A stretch of DNA of 64,000 bases from Eledone cirrhosa (GCA_964016885.1 OZ024743.1:5394001-5458000); one strand, 5' to 3'; counted from the first letter of the stretch, positions 1-15,345 are shown. Translations and numbers: made by a program. The notes: generated by a model not told the origin, from the sequence alone.

Positions 1-61
1 ACTGGTTCGATTCGCACTAAAACACTTTACATAAATTGCTATTCATCTATGATTTTCATCC

Positions 62-195
62 ATGAGCTTGGCTCGTCACGCTTGACTAGTTGGAGTCGGT
101 TGCTTCTGACAGGACCCACTGGAAGAAGTGTTTGAGGACTCTGCTCCCACGACCCTCTCAGGAGGAAGAAGAAGAAGAAGAAGAAGAAGAAGAAG

Positions 196-225
<30 letters not shown>
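62..225 (+). mobile_element. 3' end of an RTE-clade LINE with (GAA)n tail
   Basis: 88-163 matches the reverse complement of 7390-7470, which is attached to an RTE-like RT remnant. It ends in a pure (GAA)n run at 165-225. The 5' boundary is approximate. Confidence 0.7.
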
Positions 226-226
<1 letters not shown>

Positions 227-593
227 CTGAATTTCTAGCGCATTTGGAGACGTTTTGTCTAAATGTTATATTAAATACTCCCGTGTCAGTTTGGTTTAGT
301 ACGAAAATGACTTCTTGTGTACGTTGACTTCAACAAAGGGATTGGCAAGTCAAAACCGACTTTTCGTTCATTTCGTCCGATTCGCATCACGATTCATTCG
401 AAACGGTGGCCAACGCTTTACTCTTGCGGATATTTTTTCTCTAAACAGGCTGACAAATAAAATCGTGATTCAGGTTGTGGAAACGAGACTTTTTCCAAGT
501 GCTAAATAGGTATTTTCACATGTGTTTATTTGGTGTGTTTTTATCTGTGTGTGTGTGTATATATGTGTGTGCTTGTGTAAATAATACAAAATA

Positions 594-648
<55 letters not shown>

Positions 649-679
649 TGCGCGTATGACGATTAATGTTCCAATTTTT

Positions 680-1075
680 TGATCAGCTGAAGGACCTACT
701 TGTTAAATTAACGCTTAAGTGGTTGAGTATTCTTCAGGCATGTGTACTCAACATCATTTTCAAGGTGATTAAACGTAAATGTGTGACATAGCTAGCCTGC
801 GTGTACGCAACTGCAAGAACCACCTTCATTTCTCGTAAAATTACGATGCAAGTGGCTGAGCACTCCACAGCCATGTGTACCTTAACGTAAATCTCGAGGA
901 GATTTAGAGTGACATAATATATGACAAGGGTGGCCCTTTGAATTGTAAATATAACTTATATTTGCCTGTTGAATGAACCGGGGCAAGGTGAAATAAAGTG
1001 TTTCGCTCAAAGAATCGAACTCACCACCTTACGATCGTAAGCCGATCACCCTAACCACAAAGACATGCACCCTCA
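680..1075 (-). mobile_element. Degenerate tRNA-derived SINE (family 2 head)
   Basis: gaaataaagtgtttcgctcaa...atcgaactcaccaccttacgatcg...ctaaccac resembles the head/core of the copies at 24190 and 52170. Boundaries are approximate. Confidence 0.55.
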
Positions 1076-1505
1076 TTGATGGATTACAACATATTGATTT
1101 CAATACATCAAACATCGCAACGATAAATGTGAGCGTAGCAAGTGACCAATACATTACCTCTTCTGCGTGACAGTACCGTCAGTGACTGCACTTATAGATT
1201 CCGCATTGGTCTATGTAATCACATTCAAGTCTTCAGATAATAAATCAGAGATTAAATCAAGCGGACAATCTTCCTTCAAACTTCAGGTGAGGGAGGTATG
1301 AGGCTATGAGCATTAATATATCATGCGTATATGTGCTTGTGTGTGTGTATGTATGTATTATGTATGCATGTATATATGTGTGTGTGTATATATGTATGTA
1401 TGTATTATGTATGTATTATGTGTGTATGGGCATATTCAATGCATGCCACAGCACACATGCACACACACCACACACACCCGTCAGTCACACACGCACACAC
1501 ACACG

Positions 1506-1561
<56 letters not shown>

Positions 1562-2511
1562 ACTCCCACATACACAGACACTCCCACACACATGTAACAA
1601 AAACGCACTCAAATAAACAAATAATTACGAAATCAGACGCATATATAATACATATAAACAGATATAGGAGCGAGTCTTTATCCATGTCCTATCGGCACTA
1701 GCTTGGCATGAGAACCAACGTAAATCGTTGAGATCAATGAGATTAAGAGGGAATCTCTGAGCTAGAAATATCATCCAGATTACATCAGATCACACCTTAA
1801 ACAAAGGAACGGCATATTGCCAATATAATCCTAAATCCTATATTCAAACAGATGGGATGAAAACGGATGGTATATTTTGTTACTACATCTAACCCATCGG
1901 GGCTTTTCTTGGGCTAAACAATAACAAAAATACCCGCCTCAAGCCAATGATGGTAATAGGACTGCTGAAGCAGATTTGTCCTTGGACTAACAATAAAACA
2001 AAGGAACCTGCATGAATCGCTAGAAATAACAGCCAAATCCAATTCGAATCACGCACCTTTTTAAAGAGAAAGATACTTTGAATAATGGATATTTTGTTGT
2101 TAAAAGATCGCTCCTGGGTGCGACTGGTAACATGTAACTCAGTACAACCTGTCATATGGTCGGGTCGTTGGCGACTAAACTGGTAACCCCACCAAGATTG
2201 TTAAATGAGGGGGTGATTGGAAATTCTGTGGAATGAAAAATAAAACATGAAAAAGCGCGGAGGAACTCATGAGAGTGAACGGCCACCCAATAGTGTATAC
2301 GTATGTATATACTGTGTGGGTAGGTAAATATGTATATGTGAGTGTGTAAATATGTATATGTGGGTAGGTAAAGGATTGTTTGCGTTCGCGTGTATGCATT
2401 TTTAAAAACGTTTATACTTTTAAACTTTTAACTTTCAAATAATTAATTTTTTATTTCATTTTATCTTATTTATTTAATTAACCAATTTATTATTTATCTG
2501 GAAAACCTACG

Positions 2512-2981
<470 letters not shown>

Positions 2982-3060
2982 ATATGCACTATCCAGTGAA
3001 TTTCCAACCGATAAGGTATGATTTTCATGGGTATGTCTCTATTTATAAAACAAACTTTGT

Positions 3061-3123
3061 ATTTTATCTGATGAAAGCGTACCAATGTTGTCTTGGTTGC
3101 CCTTGAAATATATATAATAAAAT
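3061..3123 (+). ncRNA. Minimal type I hammerhead ribozyme in a short insert (about 2990-3257)
   Basis: attttat-CTGATGA-hairpin(aagcgtaccaa/ttggttgccctt)-GAAA-T-ATAT-A-TA-ataaaat, with a 7-bp stem I and a palindromic loop III. Same family as 45998-46060. Confidence 0.75.
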
Positions 3124-3254
3124 AAATATGGTTTTATAAATAAGTTTCCATTTATTTAATATCATTGAATATTTAATCCAGTAAAATGTTTGCTCTAAAT
3201 CAGTTATAAACATTTATATTTGTCGGACTTCCAACAAATTAAATACCACTTCTA

Positions 3255-3327
<73 letters not shown>

Positions 3328-3330
<3 letters not shown>

Positions 3331-3542
3331 TGGTTACACAACAGTTAGTTCACCATACCGAGAACAATTGTTTCACCTTAGCGGATCTTCAGTTCGTAAT
3401 CTTTACGAGCTGAAGATCCGCTAAGGTGAAACAATTGTTCTCGGTATGGTGAACTAACTGTTGTGTAACCACTTCTACCTAACTCGTCCCATGGACTGAG
3501 TGCTCTACCACTACGGATATTACCTTCCAGTGTTCTACCACT
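3328..3542 (+). mobile_element. Fold-back HHR mini-element in (TA)n; inverted repeat 3328-3474
   Basis: Near-perfect arms of about 70 bp centred near 3401, plus a unique 3' tail. (TA)n on both sides. Confidence 0.85.
3406..3443 (+). ncRNA. Minimal type I hammerhead (mirror copy at 3359-3396, minus strand)
   Basis: cgag-CTGAAGA-tccgctaaggt-GAAA-C-AATT-G-TT-ctcg. Confidence 0.75.
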
Positions 3543-3570
3543 ATATATATATATATATATATACATACAT

Positions 3571-3656
<86 letters not shown>

Positions 3657-3807
3657 ATGTATGTATATATATATATATATATATAGTATATAGGCCAGCA
3701 TCCTAATTGGCTCCCCTCTCTGTGCCTCCATTGATACTGCTTGTATACGGCAGTGGCCACGCCCCGGGCAACGGCTTTGACTGGCGAACCCAGTCTGAGG
3801 GTGGGAG

Positions 3808-3942
3808 AGTCCGAGGTTAACTTTGCCTTTCATACTTACGGGGCTTGATAAAACAAAGTACCAGTAACGCACTGGAGTCGATAATCGACCTTCCTCGTCC
3901 TCAAAATTGTTAGCCTTGTGCCTAAATCAGAAGCGATTATTT
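3808..3942 (+). mobile_element. SINE family 1, 3' part
   Basis: Core ccgaggttaactttgcctttcat...gataaaacaaagtaccag and tail gccttgtgcctaaa are shared with more than 12 copies in the window. Confidence 0.75.
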
Positions 3943-4171
3943 TTGCCACCTTGAGCAAAATGACACTTTCACGGAATTAAAATTCTAAAGTAAATTTTCC
4001 AGTTCGCTTCTATTGTTGTTTTAATGAATTTATTTATTTAATTAATCAACTTAACGTCCGTATAGAGCTAGTAATCCATGACAGAATAGGGGAAGTATCG
4101 AACACTCCTTAAAGTTGGTAACCAAAAACATCTACTGAGACAAGTAAAAAATAAATTAAAAAAGGGGAATG

Positions 4172-4218
<47 letters not shown>

Positions 4219-4799
4219 GTGTGTGTGTGTGTACATATATATAAAACCTGCTCCAGAAGTTCCGGTTTTCCTCGACTATTGGATCATTACTGTCTAGTCG
4301 ACAACAACAGCGAATATTCATGGCGTTTAACCGAGATGTATTGTATTTCTCTAGCTAAGAGACATCTACGAGTCATCAATATAAGAAGACCTGGAAAGGC
4401 TTATAAATCCTATTTCCTTTCCTCTTCCTTCTACTCCTACTCCTCTTCAGCGTATGAACTACAAAATTAATATATAACATATATATATATATATACATAA
4501 ACACACACACACATATTCAGATCCCAAAACTCACACCAACCATACACGAGCACATAAAATATGCACACACACACACATTGTGTGTAAAAATGTTATCAGA
4601 TCCTACATCTTAATTAATACCAGATAATAATATTTATAGTTAAAAGAAGAAAATTATATAAACTAGAAAAAAATTACTTCTTAATATTTGACATCTGTCG
4701 TGAGGACTGACGATGGAAGTTTGAAGGACATTCCAGAAAACAGAAGCAATTGGTGCTGCTGTAGTTTGTATGGTTAAGGAGTTTGCTTCGTACCCACGT

Positions 4800-5150
4800 C
4801 GTTCTACCGTATGTTCAGTTCTGTTATAAAGCATCTTGTACAGTTGACCTACTGTAGTCACAATCACGTCGTTATATGTTCAGCATCTTGTCCAAGTGAC
4901 TTCTACTATAGTTACGTCCTGCTGTACAGTATCTTGTACTATATTTACTATAGTCGCAACCATCTCACACTATAGTTACGTCCTGCTGTACAGTATCTTG
5001 TACTATATTTACTATAGTCGCAACCATCTCACACTATGTTCAGTTCCGCTGTACAGTATCTTGTACAGGTGACCTCTACTATAGTCGCAACCACCTCGTT
5101 CTATGTTCAGTCCCACTGTATAGTGTCTTGTCCAAGTAACTTCTATAGTC
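4800..5150. repeat. Degenerate minisatellite, unit about 64 bp
   Basis: ctatagttacgtcctgctgtacagtatcttgtac recurs at 4906 and 4970, with diverged units on both sides. Confidence 0.8.
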
Positions 5151-5234
5151 TCATGTAGGCGAATGCCTTGTGAGTAGAATTTGACAGTCGGAAACTACAG
5201 TAGCCCAACGTATATGTGTATATATATATATATT

Positions 5235-5730
5235 GTTATACTTTGTTGCCAATAAGAAACACACGCACCAGTTGCTTTCACTTCAATTTATTATAAATTT
5301 TATAAATTTTATAAATATAAATTTTATAAATTTCCGGTTGGTTGGTTGGTTTGTTCCACAACCAGATGGTTGTTTATATATTGTCAAAGTTCTTTCGTCA
5401 CACATTCTGTGACCTCTTCAGTGACTGTGGATTCTTTTCTTTGTTCTGTGCCTCTCCTTTGTTCTGTCCTACGCCATTTTGGAGAGGCAGAAAACAAAGA
5501 AAAGAATCCCCAGTCACTGAAGAGGTCACAGAATGTGTGACGAAAGAAATTTGACAATATATAAACGACCATCCGGTTGTGGAACCAACCTACCAACCGG
5601 AAATTTATAAAATTTATATTTATAAAATTTATAAAATTTATAATAAATTGAAGTTAAAGCAACTGGTGCGTGTGTTTCTTATTGGTAACACGACCCTCCC
5701 AAAGTATAACTATATCGGTTTCAACACACG
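5235..5730 (+). mobile_element. Fold-back element with arms of about 225 bp and an HHR core in each arm
   Basis: Inverted repeat 5235-5710. gtca-CTGAAGA-ggtcaca/tgtgac-GAAA-gaaatt-tgac at 5513-5555 (+), mirrored at 5383-5425 (-), which reads GAAA-G-AA-C-TT. Confidence 0.8.
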
Positions 5731-5771
5731 TTTTCAGATAAAGAATCTTGCTAAACAAATTCATAAACGAA

Positions 5772-5828
<57 letters not shown>

Positions 5829-6398
5829 TATGTTCAATAACTTAGTGGCTCGACCAAAAAGGGGCTGATAAGTACCAAACTTCAAAAATAAACGCCGGAG
5901 TCAATGTTATCGACTAAATTATGTTGATGCTGCAGCATGGCCGTAGTGTAATGAGCGAAATGAGTAAAAGAATAAAAGTACACACACACACATGTGTGTG
6001 TGGGGGAGGGGGTGTAAAACCAGGAGAGAAATATACATATAAACGAAATGAAAACTTTAAAAAAAAAACAATACAGGAACTCAAATGTCTCACGTTAAAC
6101 ATTTCGACATGAAAATACTTTATATATTTGTTTACTTCATTGAAATATATTTATAAATAACTGAAAGTAAAACTATTCCGGTTTGATACCCTGTCAATGG
6201 TTAATTGCCTTAAATAAACAAACAAATAAGCTGTAATTGCCACAAACTATTCCACAGATGACATCTGAATATACTTATACACGTGGAAGTGAGAGTATGT
6301 GTATGTATGTAAGTGTGTATATATAAATATATATGCGCGCGTTTGTGTATTTGCTTATACACACCCTCACATGCCTATATGTTATATATATATGAATA

Positions 6399-6450
<52 letters not shown>

Positions 6451-6570
6451 CATATATATATACATATATATAAATACATATATATATATATACATAATAT
6501 ATATATATATATATATATAATATATATATATATATAATATATATATATATAATATATATATATATAATAT

Positions 6571-6660
<90 letters not shown>

Positions 6661-6854
6661 AATAAATAACTGGAAAAACAGACAGAAAATAACCCAATCG
6701 AGGATACTGTTTACATCTCGGTAAACTTTTGGAATGTCTTTCCTCAAATAACATTTTGAAACTTGTAATGAGGTTTTGTTTAGATTAATATAGTCTAAAA
6801 TAAGAATTCCTGGTTGTAGTCTCTAAACGCGCTAGTCGATGTGAGTAAACAATT

Positions 6855-6911
<57 letters not shown>

Positions 6912-6937
6912 TGGTGGTGGTGGTGGTGGTGGTGGTG

Positions 6938-7023
<86 letters not shown>

Positions 7024-7087
7024 GGCGGTGGTGGTGGTGGTGTTGGTAGTAGTAGTAGTGGTGGTGGCGGTGGTGGTGGTGGTGTTG

Positions 7088-7146
<59 letters not shown>

Positions 7147-7150
7147 GGTG
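6855..7150. repeat. Compound (TAG)n/(TGG)n microsatellite
   Basis: Seen directly. Confidence 0.95.
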
Positions 7151-7388
7151 ATCAGGAGAATAGAAGGAAAGAATGAATGCAAGGCTTATTGTTAAATTGT
7201 AAGTTTGGTTCTTTGCGGTTACGCATTAAAATCCCACAGTGGTTGATGTTGATTTTCATCTCGCTCGCATCAATGGGTACCAGTAATATACTAATGTCTA
7301 TACAATGACGCATTCTCATTTTTTTCATAAAACTATAGGACCCTGAAGAACATGGATTTCGTTTTAAGAAATCTTCTTAGCTCACATA

Positions 7389-7760
7389 TTTCTGGGAAGG
7401 TTGTGGGGGTAGAGACCTCAAACACTCCTTCTAGTGGGTTCTATCAGAAGCAACTGTTTCCAACTGATCTGGCTGGACCCCCAAGAGTAACGTTACTCCA
7501 AAGACCCATTTCGGCCGCTTGTATTCGCGATCGTATTCCTTCGGTCCTTAGCCAAGATTCATGACCATAGGTAAGAGTTGGCACGAATATCGAATTGAAG
7601 ATAGCGAGTTTGGCTTTTACGCCTATCTCCTTTGTTCTGATTACCGAATACTGAAGCTGGTGCACTACTGCACCAACTCCTGCAATTCTTACACTTAATT
7701 CAGCCTCCTGCCTTTCATCACTCGTGAACACGGCCTCGAGATATTTGACCTTCTCTACTT
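7389..7760 (-). pseudogene. RTE-clade LINE RT C-terminal remnant joined to the element 3' end (internal deletion)
   Basis: Translation EKVKYL..FTSDERQEAELSVRI..KAKLAIFNSIFVPTLTYGHESW..RIQAAEM is typical of the region after the RTE RT core. Confidence 0.8.
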
Positions 7761-9063
7761 TAAAAAAAAGTCATTTTGTTTAGCAGTACACAGTAATGAG
7801 CAGATGTAACATATTTTCCTTATTCAAAAGTATTAGCGATGAAATTACAGTAAAATGAAATAGTATCATGGTTTTGATTTGCTAGTAGGAGCATACCCTC
7901 CGCTTTGAATCTGAGATAACCAAATACATTGCATACGCAATATACAGCTTCTTTGTATATAGAAGCTTATGTATATAAATACCGGATATGCCAAGAGAAC
8001 ATTGCAATTATATAAATGTTTAATTGCAGTTTTTACTTATTAGAAACCGTGAGGAAAATTTAGTATATCCTTTTAGCGATTATTCTTTGTAACTGAAGAA
8101 GATATCCAACTGGTTGTTTTAGTGTTAGTGTAGTTTAAAGGCAGATCACCTACCACACATTTCACCAATAACCATCTTGTCTTATTCAGATATAATGTAT
8201 ATAGTACTACGCTAGCCAACGTGTCCTTCAAATTCTAAGATAGTAGGATATGCTTTGAAGGAGATTTGGCCAAAGGCAAAGTCATTAGGGCGTTGGATTA
8301 AATGCCTCGGTATTTAATTAAGTTAAAATCCCACCGATGTGAACTTTCCTTTCATCCTTTCGAGATCGATAAATAAAGTACCTGTCCAAGGGCTGAGGTT
8401 GGCAGATTTTCTTGAGAGTCGAATAGGATACTTTGCGGTATCTGATTCGGATGTGTTTGTTCTGAATTCAAATTCCCATCCGTTCTGCCAGTTGTGACAG
8501 CCAGATAGTATCAACATTAAGAAACAATGGCTACTTGGTCAGATCTGAAGATCAGTTCCTTTCTTTGCTTTTCTCCTAGTAGGTTGATGTATGACGTAGA
8601 GGGTCTCTTTCGTTCAAGGTCTGAGATTTGAACGACTCCATTGAAAAGTAATGTAATGACTTGACGGAAACTTAATAATTTGTGAAAAAGCAATATCTAT
8701 TGAATGTCTTTGATGAATGAAGATTGAAAATTGAAATTATGCTTGTACTGAATATGGAATGTGCTTGTTATTGGAACGAAATACCTTAGTCAAGTGATTG
8801 CTGAAGCTGTAGAAGTTAGGTATATTAAAGAAAGAAGTCAAAATATATCTTTGACACATAGCGCTGTACTCAGTAATGCAGTGGCTGTGAAGAATGTGTA
8901 CAACGATTTCTGCATATGCACTCAGCTAATTGCAATTAGTTATGTGTTTTTAATGTAAGCGGTTCATGTTCGGTTTATGTTAATAAAATGAATATCAAAA
9001 CTCTACTTCGGTACTGAGTACTCTTTTCTCTCAGGCGTCAATCACATACGGATACACACACAC

Positions 9064-9683
<620 letters not shown>

Positions 9684-9687
9684 ATAT

Positions 9688-9787
<100 letters not shown>

Positions 9788-9789
9788 CA

Positions 9790-9883
9790 GGAAAAATACT
9801 TTTTCCTATTTCCCACTCTACTACCCTAAGTATTGAGTACTCTGGTGCGTTATGGTCTATCTGGTTCCTTACCACAATTCCTT

Positions 9884-9888
<5 letters not shown>
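9790..9888 (+). mobile_element. 3' tail of a small (TA)n-associated element family (other copies 15141-15281 and 43855-43953)
   Basis: cccactctactaccctaagtattgagtact..ggtgcgttatggtc..ctggttccttaccaca occurs three times, each followed by (TA)n. Confidence 0.8.
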
Positions 9889-9973
<85 letters not shown>

Positions 9974-10366
9974 GAGATAGCATATTTAAATTTTTTTTTT
10001 TTAATGTAGTTTGGCTGCCGTCCAAGGTTAGCTAAAGGCTAAAAGATCGTATTTTATACATTTTGTATATATTTAATCCTTTTTTTATAATTTTCATATT
10101 TGTAATTTTTGTATTTAATATTTGTTCAGCAATTGTTAGTAGAGTTGGTAAATAGAAACAGATGTCAACATTGTTTCTTTTTTTATTAATGTTTGAGGAC
10201 CATCATGAATATACGTCTCTCATTCTGCTCTTTCTCCTCTCCATATACGCATGCGTGTATGTATATATATGTGTGTATGCGTCTGTGTGTTTGTGAGATA
10301 TATTCATGTGTATGTATATATATATGTATGTGTGTGTTTATATGTATGTGTGTATGTGTCTGTATG

Positions 10367-10850
10367 TATGTGCTTGTGAATGTGTGTGCTTCCGTGTGTC
10401 TGTGTGTGTGTGCTTTGTGAATGTGTGTGCTTCCGTGTGTCTGTGTGTGTGTGCTTGTGTATGTGTGTGCTTCCGTGTGTCTGTGTGTGTGTGCTTGTGT
10501 ATGTGTGTGCTTCCGTGTGTCTGTGTGTGTGTGTGCTTGTCTATGTGTGTGCTTCCGTGTGTCTGTGTGTGTGTGCTTGTGTATGTGTGTGCTTCCGTGT
10601 GTCTGTGTGTGTGTGCTTGTGTATGTGTGTGCTTCCGTGCGTCTGTGTGTGTGTGCTTGTGTATGTGTGTGCTTCCGTGTGTCTGTGTGTGTGTGCTTGT
10701 GTATGTGTGTGCTTCCGTGCGTCTGTGTGTGTGTGCTTGTGTATGTGTGTGCTTCCGTGTGTCTGTGTGTGTGTGTGCTTGTGTATGTGTGTGCTTCCGT
10801 GTGTCTGTGTGTGTGTGTGCTTGTGTATGTGTGTGCTTCCGTGCGTCTGT
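10367..10850. repeat. Minisatellite, unit about 40 bp, derived from (TG)n
   Basis: gtgcttgtgtatgtgtgtgcttccgtgtgtctgtgtgtgt repeated about 12 times. Confidence 0.95.
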
Positions 10851-11183
10851 TTAAATAGAAAGAAAGCATGAAATATGGTTGATACAGTGGTTACAAATAG
10901 AGTTTTGTGTTTATGGGTTATACCTAAGTTCGAATCAACTGGTGGCTTTTCGTTGTGATTCTATCCAGGATATCTGTGCATTACTGCAGTTTACCTAGCT
11001 GTCAGGAATAGGTTACTAGATCAATGAGGTTCGGCTACAGGCCACCACTCCACCAGATGTGTTGATTCGCCACCTTGTGTGCTGACTGATTTATTTAACA
11101 GTCTATTATTCGTTGAACTCACAATACAAAAGGCATCCATCACGAGGTGAAAATCTCTCTCAACAATGAATAATTTGCAATGG

Positions 11184-11265
<82 letters not shown>

Positions 11266-11619
11266 AGAAAGAAAGAAAGAAAAACAGGCACAGAGAGCAA
11301 AGAGATAGATTGAAGAGAAAATGTCAGAAGTCTATATAAGCGTATTCTTTACTCACTCTGATTTTGTTTATTGTGTCAGTGTATACAAAGGTCTCTTCAG
11401 TTCATAAATATTTATAACACTCGACATTGAGTATAAAATCAATATATGTTTGATGTGTATGGTGCTGCTTATCTAATATTAAATACAGATATTTATCTTC
11501 AGAACATCACAACCAGGTCCGGTTGACATTTGAGGATGTAAATAAAAAGGGGTGATGAGAATGGGGTGGAGAAAACGCTTGGTTTGGGCGGTATATCTCA
11601 ACTGTGACTCGCGTACATG

Positions 11620-11810
11620 ATAACAAAAGCATTGCCGTGGAGATCTGCCGGGAACACCCACTGCATTCGCTATTCCACTCGCGGAGCGTCTTCCTCGGGT
11701 GCAATACCCACGTCCCGATTTGGCAGAGGAAAAGGGCAGTGCGGAGACCGAGGACACCAGAAGTCTCAATGGCAATTGGCGCTAAAAGGAAATGGCCACT
11801 TCTCTGCCTA
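11620..11810 (-). pseudogene. C-terminal remnant of a CRE-like RLE non-LTR retrotransposon
   Basis: Frameshifted translation APIAIETSGVLGLRTALFLCQIG...VE*RMQ...LHGNAF, homologous to 34270-34450. Confidence 0.6.
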
Positions 11811-12729
11811 ATTTGTATTAGAATTGAGCTTTAGGTATCATCTTTAGGGAAATTGTACCAGATTAACCTATTCGTTTGTGCCTATTGATGACAATGCGGT
11901 TAACAAAAACTCGGTCACTCATGCCAGGGAAATTTGAGCAGACGCAGCGACTTTTAATCGTGAATTACATCATATCTAAGTTAATTATTCTTAACTTATT
12001 ACAAGTTATTCATAACAACCGTGTTGTTTACCCAATTGTGTATTCAATGTGTACCATACCGACTGATTCAAGATAACAAATGAACTCATTTTTTCTACGA
12101 AAACCACCACCGCAACCACCAGTTTCATAGGACTTCGGATCTCATCTTGAACAAACATAGGTGTTAGCTTGTATTTAGTATATGTTGTACAATGTCTAAA
12201 CAATAGTAATTTTGTTTTTCGCCTCCGGTTTTGTTTGTGCCATTGCTAGCGGATCTGCCTAGTCAAAGTTACATAACATTGGAAAAAGTAGGCCATTTTC
12301 TGATTATAAAGTCTGCAGTTGTTCAGTGATATGCAGAAAAGTATGTGTACATGTGTATGCCTACGCATATAAATTTATGTATGATTTCATACTATCCATT
12401 TCAGTGTATCCTTTCGATTTTCTTTTTAGATTTCTCCATGAAAATATATCTAAACAAATATATGGGGCCTTCGTTGAAATTGAAGCAACGTCATAGTGTC
12501 TTAATGGTGAAATTTAAGAAAACGTTGCACACATTTATACCACCCTTTCACATACTTGAATTTGTACAGAAGAATTATCTGCGGGGGTCATAGATTAATA
12601 CAATTTATGGATACAATGTCCTAAAATGGGGTCATGCTAATTTTGTCTTCTTCAAAAGCCAAATTACACAATTTTAGCACATATCAAGTAACCAAGAAAA
12701 ACTATCGCATTTCACTTCCCCTAAACATA

Positions 12730-13140
12730 AACTGCTTGCAACTTGACCTCTCACGTTCTCTGTTGTATCACAAACACTGAACTTCTTCTTCAATTTCTAA
12801 CAATTACTAGCTTTCTACAAAGCACAAGGGAGAGCCACATTTGAGTACTGTTCCCACATCTGGGAGGGTGCTGCTACTACACACACAAAGAAATATTACC
12901 CAACTGACATGCATGAAGTTGTTTAATACCGCACTCCAGCCTCTAAACTTTAGTCGTGCTTTCTCTTCTCTCCGCCTTTTCTACCACTAGAATGGCATCT
13001 GCTCCTCTGACACACTCAACTCTTTTGTCTCTCCTCCTCATATCCCCCATATACTTTCTTGCGCAGATCCCGCAAAGACTCTACACTTCGTACTTCTGCA
13101 GAACGTCCACTTCTTGGAACTCCCTCCCTGCATTCTCACT
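12730..13140 (+). pseudogene. CR1/L2/Jockey-group LINE ORF2 3' remnant
   Basis: FYKAQGRATFEYCSHIWEGA ... RTSTSWNSLPA motifs. Confidence 0.65.
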
Positions 13141-13756
13141 TGTTCTGTTCATCTATATATGAAAAAGTAGCACTGGACAGGACAACTTACACAAACAATG
13201 AGATTAATTGTCTGAAAGATTTAAGTTGTTCGCTCTGATCTCTTTTGCTACTGAAAGATCGCATAGTAATTTATTGTTACAACGACCACTTGCTGAGACA
13301 AGAAAGATCTCTTCTACGACAAGTTTCATCACACCCTGAAAAGACTGCCAATGGTGGAGGTTGTAGTGGTGGTGGTGGTACTTATGATAGTGGTGGTAGT
13401 GCTGGTGGTGGTGGGAGTGATGGTAGATGCAGTGGCTTTGGCGGCAGCGGTGATGACAACGATGATGATGATAATGAAGATGATGATGAGGAGGAGGAGG
13501 GGGATGGGGGGGGTTGTAAGCGAATGAAAGAGGGAGGAAAACAGAGAAGAAAAAGGCAAACAATAGAAGAGAGATAGGAGGGGGGGAGAACGAGTGTATG
13601 AAACAAAGATATAAATAAATATAGAGATAAAGAGTGTGAGATGAGTAGAGTGAAAAACATGAAGACGAAAGAGAGTAAAAAAAACGAAATCTGTAACACT
13701 ACCCTCGTTTTCATGGTTTTTCTTCTTTCACATTTTTTACAAGATTGGTATCAGAA

Positions 13757-13920
13757 GTAACAGCAACAACAGCAACAACAGCAACAACGAAAACAACAGA
13801 ACCAAACAGTCACAGCAACAACAGCAACAACGAAAACAACAGAACCAAACAGTAGCAGCAACAACAGCAACAACGAAAACAACAGAACCAAACAGTAACA
13901 GGAACAAAAGCAACAATCAT
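13757..13920. repeat. CAA/CAG-rich tandem repeat, unit about 42 bp
   Basis: caacagcaacaacgaaaacaacagaaccaaacagt repeated three times. Confidence 0.85.
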
Positions 13921-15111
13921 AGAACGCATTTAGCGCCATTTTTACTTTCAAACTAGTCAGTCAGGTTGGAATGTCTCGTCGAATGTAGCCATGTTTTTGG
14001 ATTATAAGAATGCAGCCAGCAAACAAGAACCTAATATGGATACCGAAAGCGATACTCACAGAAAATGTAACGAAACAGTTGTAGAAATTGAGGAGGAGGG
14101 GGTGTTATTGTTGTTGTTGCTGTTCTTGTTGTGGTGGTGGTGGTGACTTTTTTTTTTAATAATTGGATGGTGGAACAACAATACCAGTAATAAAACCTGT
14201 CAAACGATATTACCACTGTATCATGCACCTGTCATACACATAGCATTGAAATTGATTGTATTTAAATTTTCCTAATTCGATTATTTTTTTAAATAGGACA
14301 TTAATACAGAATTTTGTTTTGTCTCTTTAAATTCTGAATTACCAGAGCTGGCCTTTCCTTTCCTTCAGAGACAACAAAATAAGTACCAGTGTTACACGTG
14401 ATCGATCCTATCGATTTAACCCAAACTATACAATAACTAGCTTTTTACCAAATTGCAAGAATTAATATTTTCAATGAAAACCTTTAAATCTGAAAAGGCA
14501 GTTAAAAAATATTGTAATTGATTCAGAAAATTCAAAATTTCTGTAATCTAGTTTATAACAAGTTGATACTTGATGTCAAACTTTATAAATTACTTGTTTC
14601 TTATCAACAACATCTTTCAATATTTTGCCATATTAATAAATGATCACAAAATTCACTTGTAACAGACTGTCGAACTACAAATATTTGATTTTGTTATTTT
14701 AAGAAAGAATAATCAAATAGGTGATTTTTTATTTAGTGAGCTACGAAACATGGCGTTTGTGAATGATTAGCATTTTGCGATAGATTTAAGTTAATACTCC
14801 GGATTTATGAAATATCAGATTGATTTTTCTTGTCGCACGCACAAAGCAAAAACTTCATGTGTTTGATGAATTTAATTTATACATGACAGCTTACAGGAAA
14901 TTGTGAAGCCAGTGTTCATAAAATTCATTTAATATTAATCTCTAAAACAAACTTTAATAGTCATTAAGCAGTAATATTTCCTGAAAGCTATATCCGGAAT
15001 CCGAGGAATTCCGTGGTGGATCTGCGTCAGCAACAAGTAATCCAAAGAAATAAAAATATATGCAGTGTAATCATATTCGTATTTACCATTTGGGTAAGGA
15101 AATGATCATCG

Positions 15112-15143
<32 letters not shown>

Positions 15144-15278
15144 TCCAGAATTAGCCGTCGAAACGGCTTGAGCTCAGCCGTCGGGGTCCTATTCGTTCCT
15201 ATTACCCACTCTACTACCCTAAGTATTGAGTACTTTGGTGCGTTATGGTCCACCTGGTTCCTTACCACATTTCCTTCG

Positions 15279-15340
<62 letters not shown>

Positions 15341-15345
<5 letters not shown>

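Noticed and set aside
1237-1290. Possible small host exon (tcttcag/AT ... CAG/gtgagg)
   Set aside because: Splice-like dinucleotides only, with a weak pyrimidine tract and no recognisable peptide; cannot be supported without RNA data.
10367-10850. CRISPR-like regular repeats (also 51677-52170 and 4800-5150)
   Set aside because: No unique spacers; these are head-to-tail minisatellites in eukaryotic DNA.
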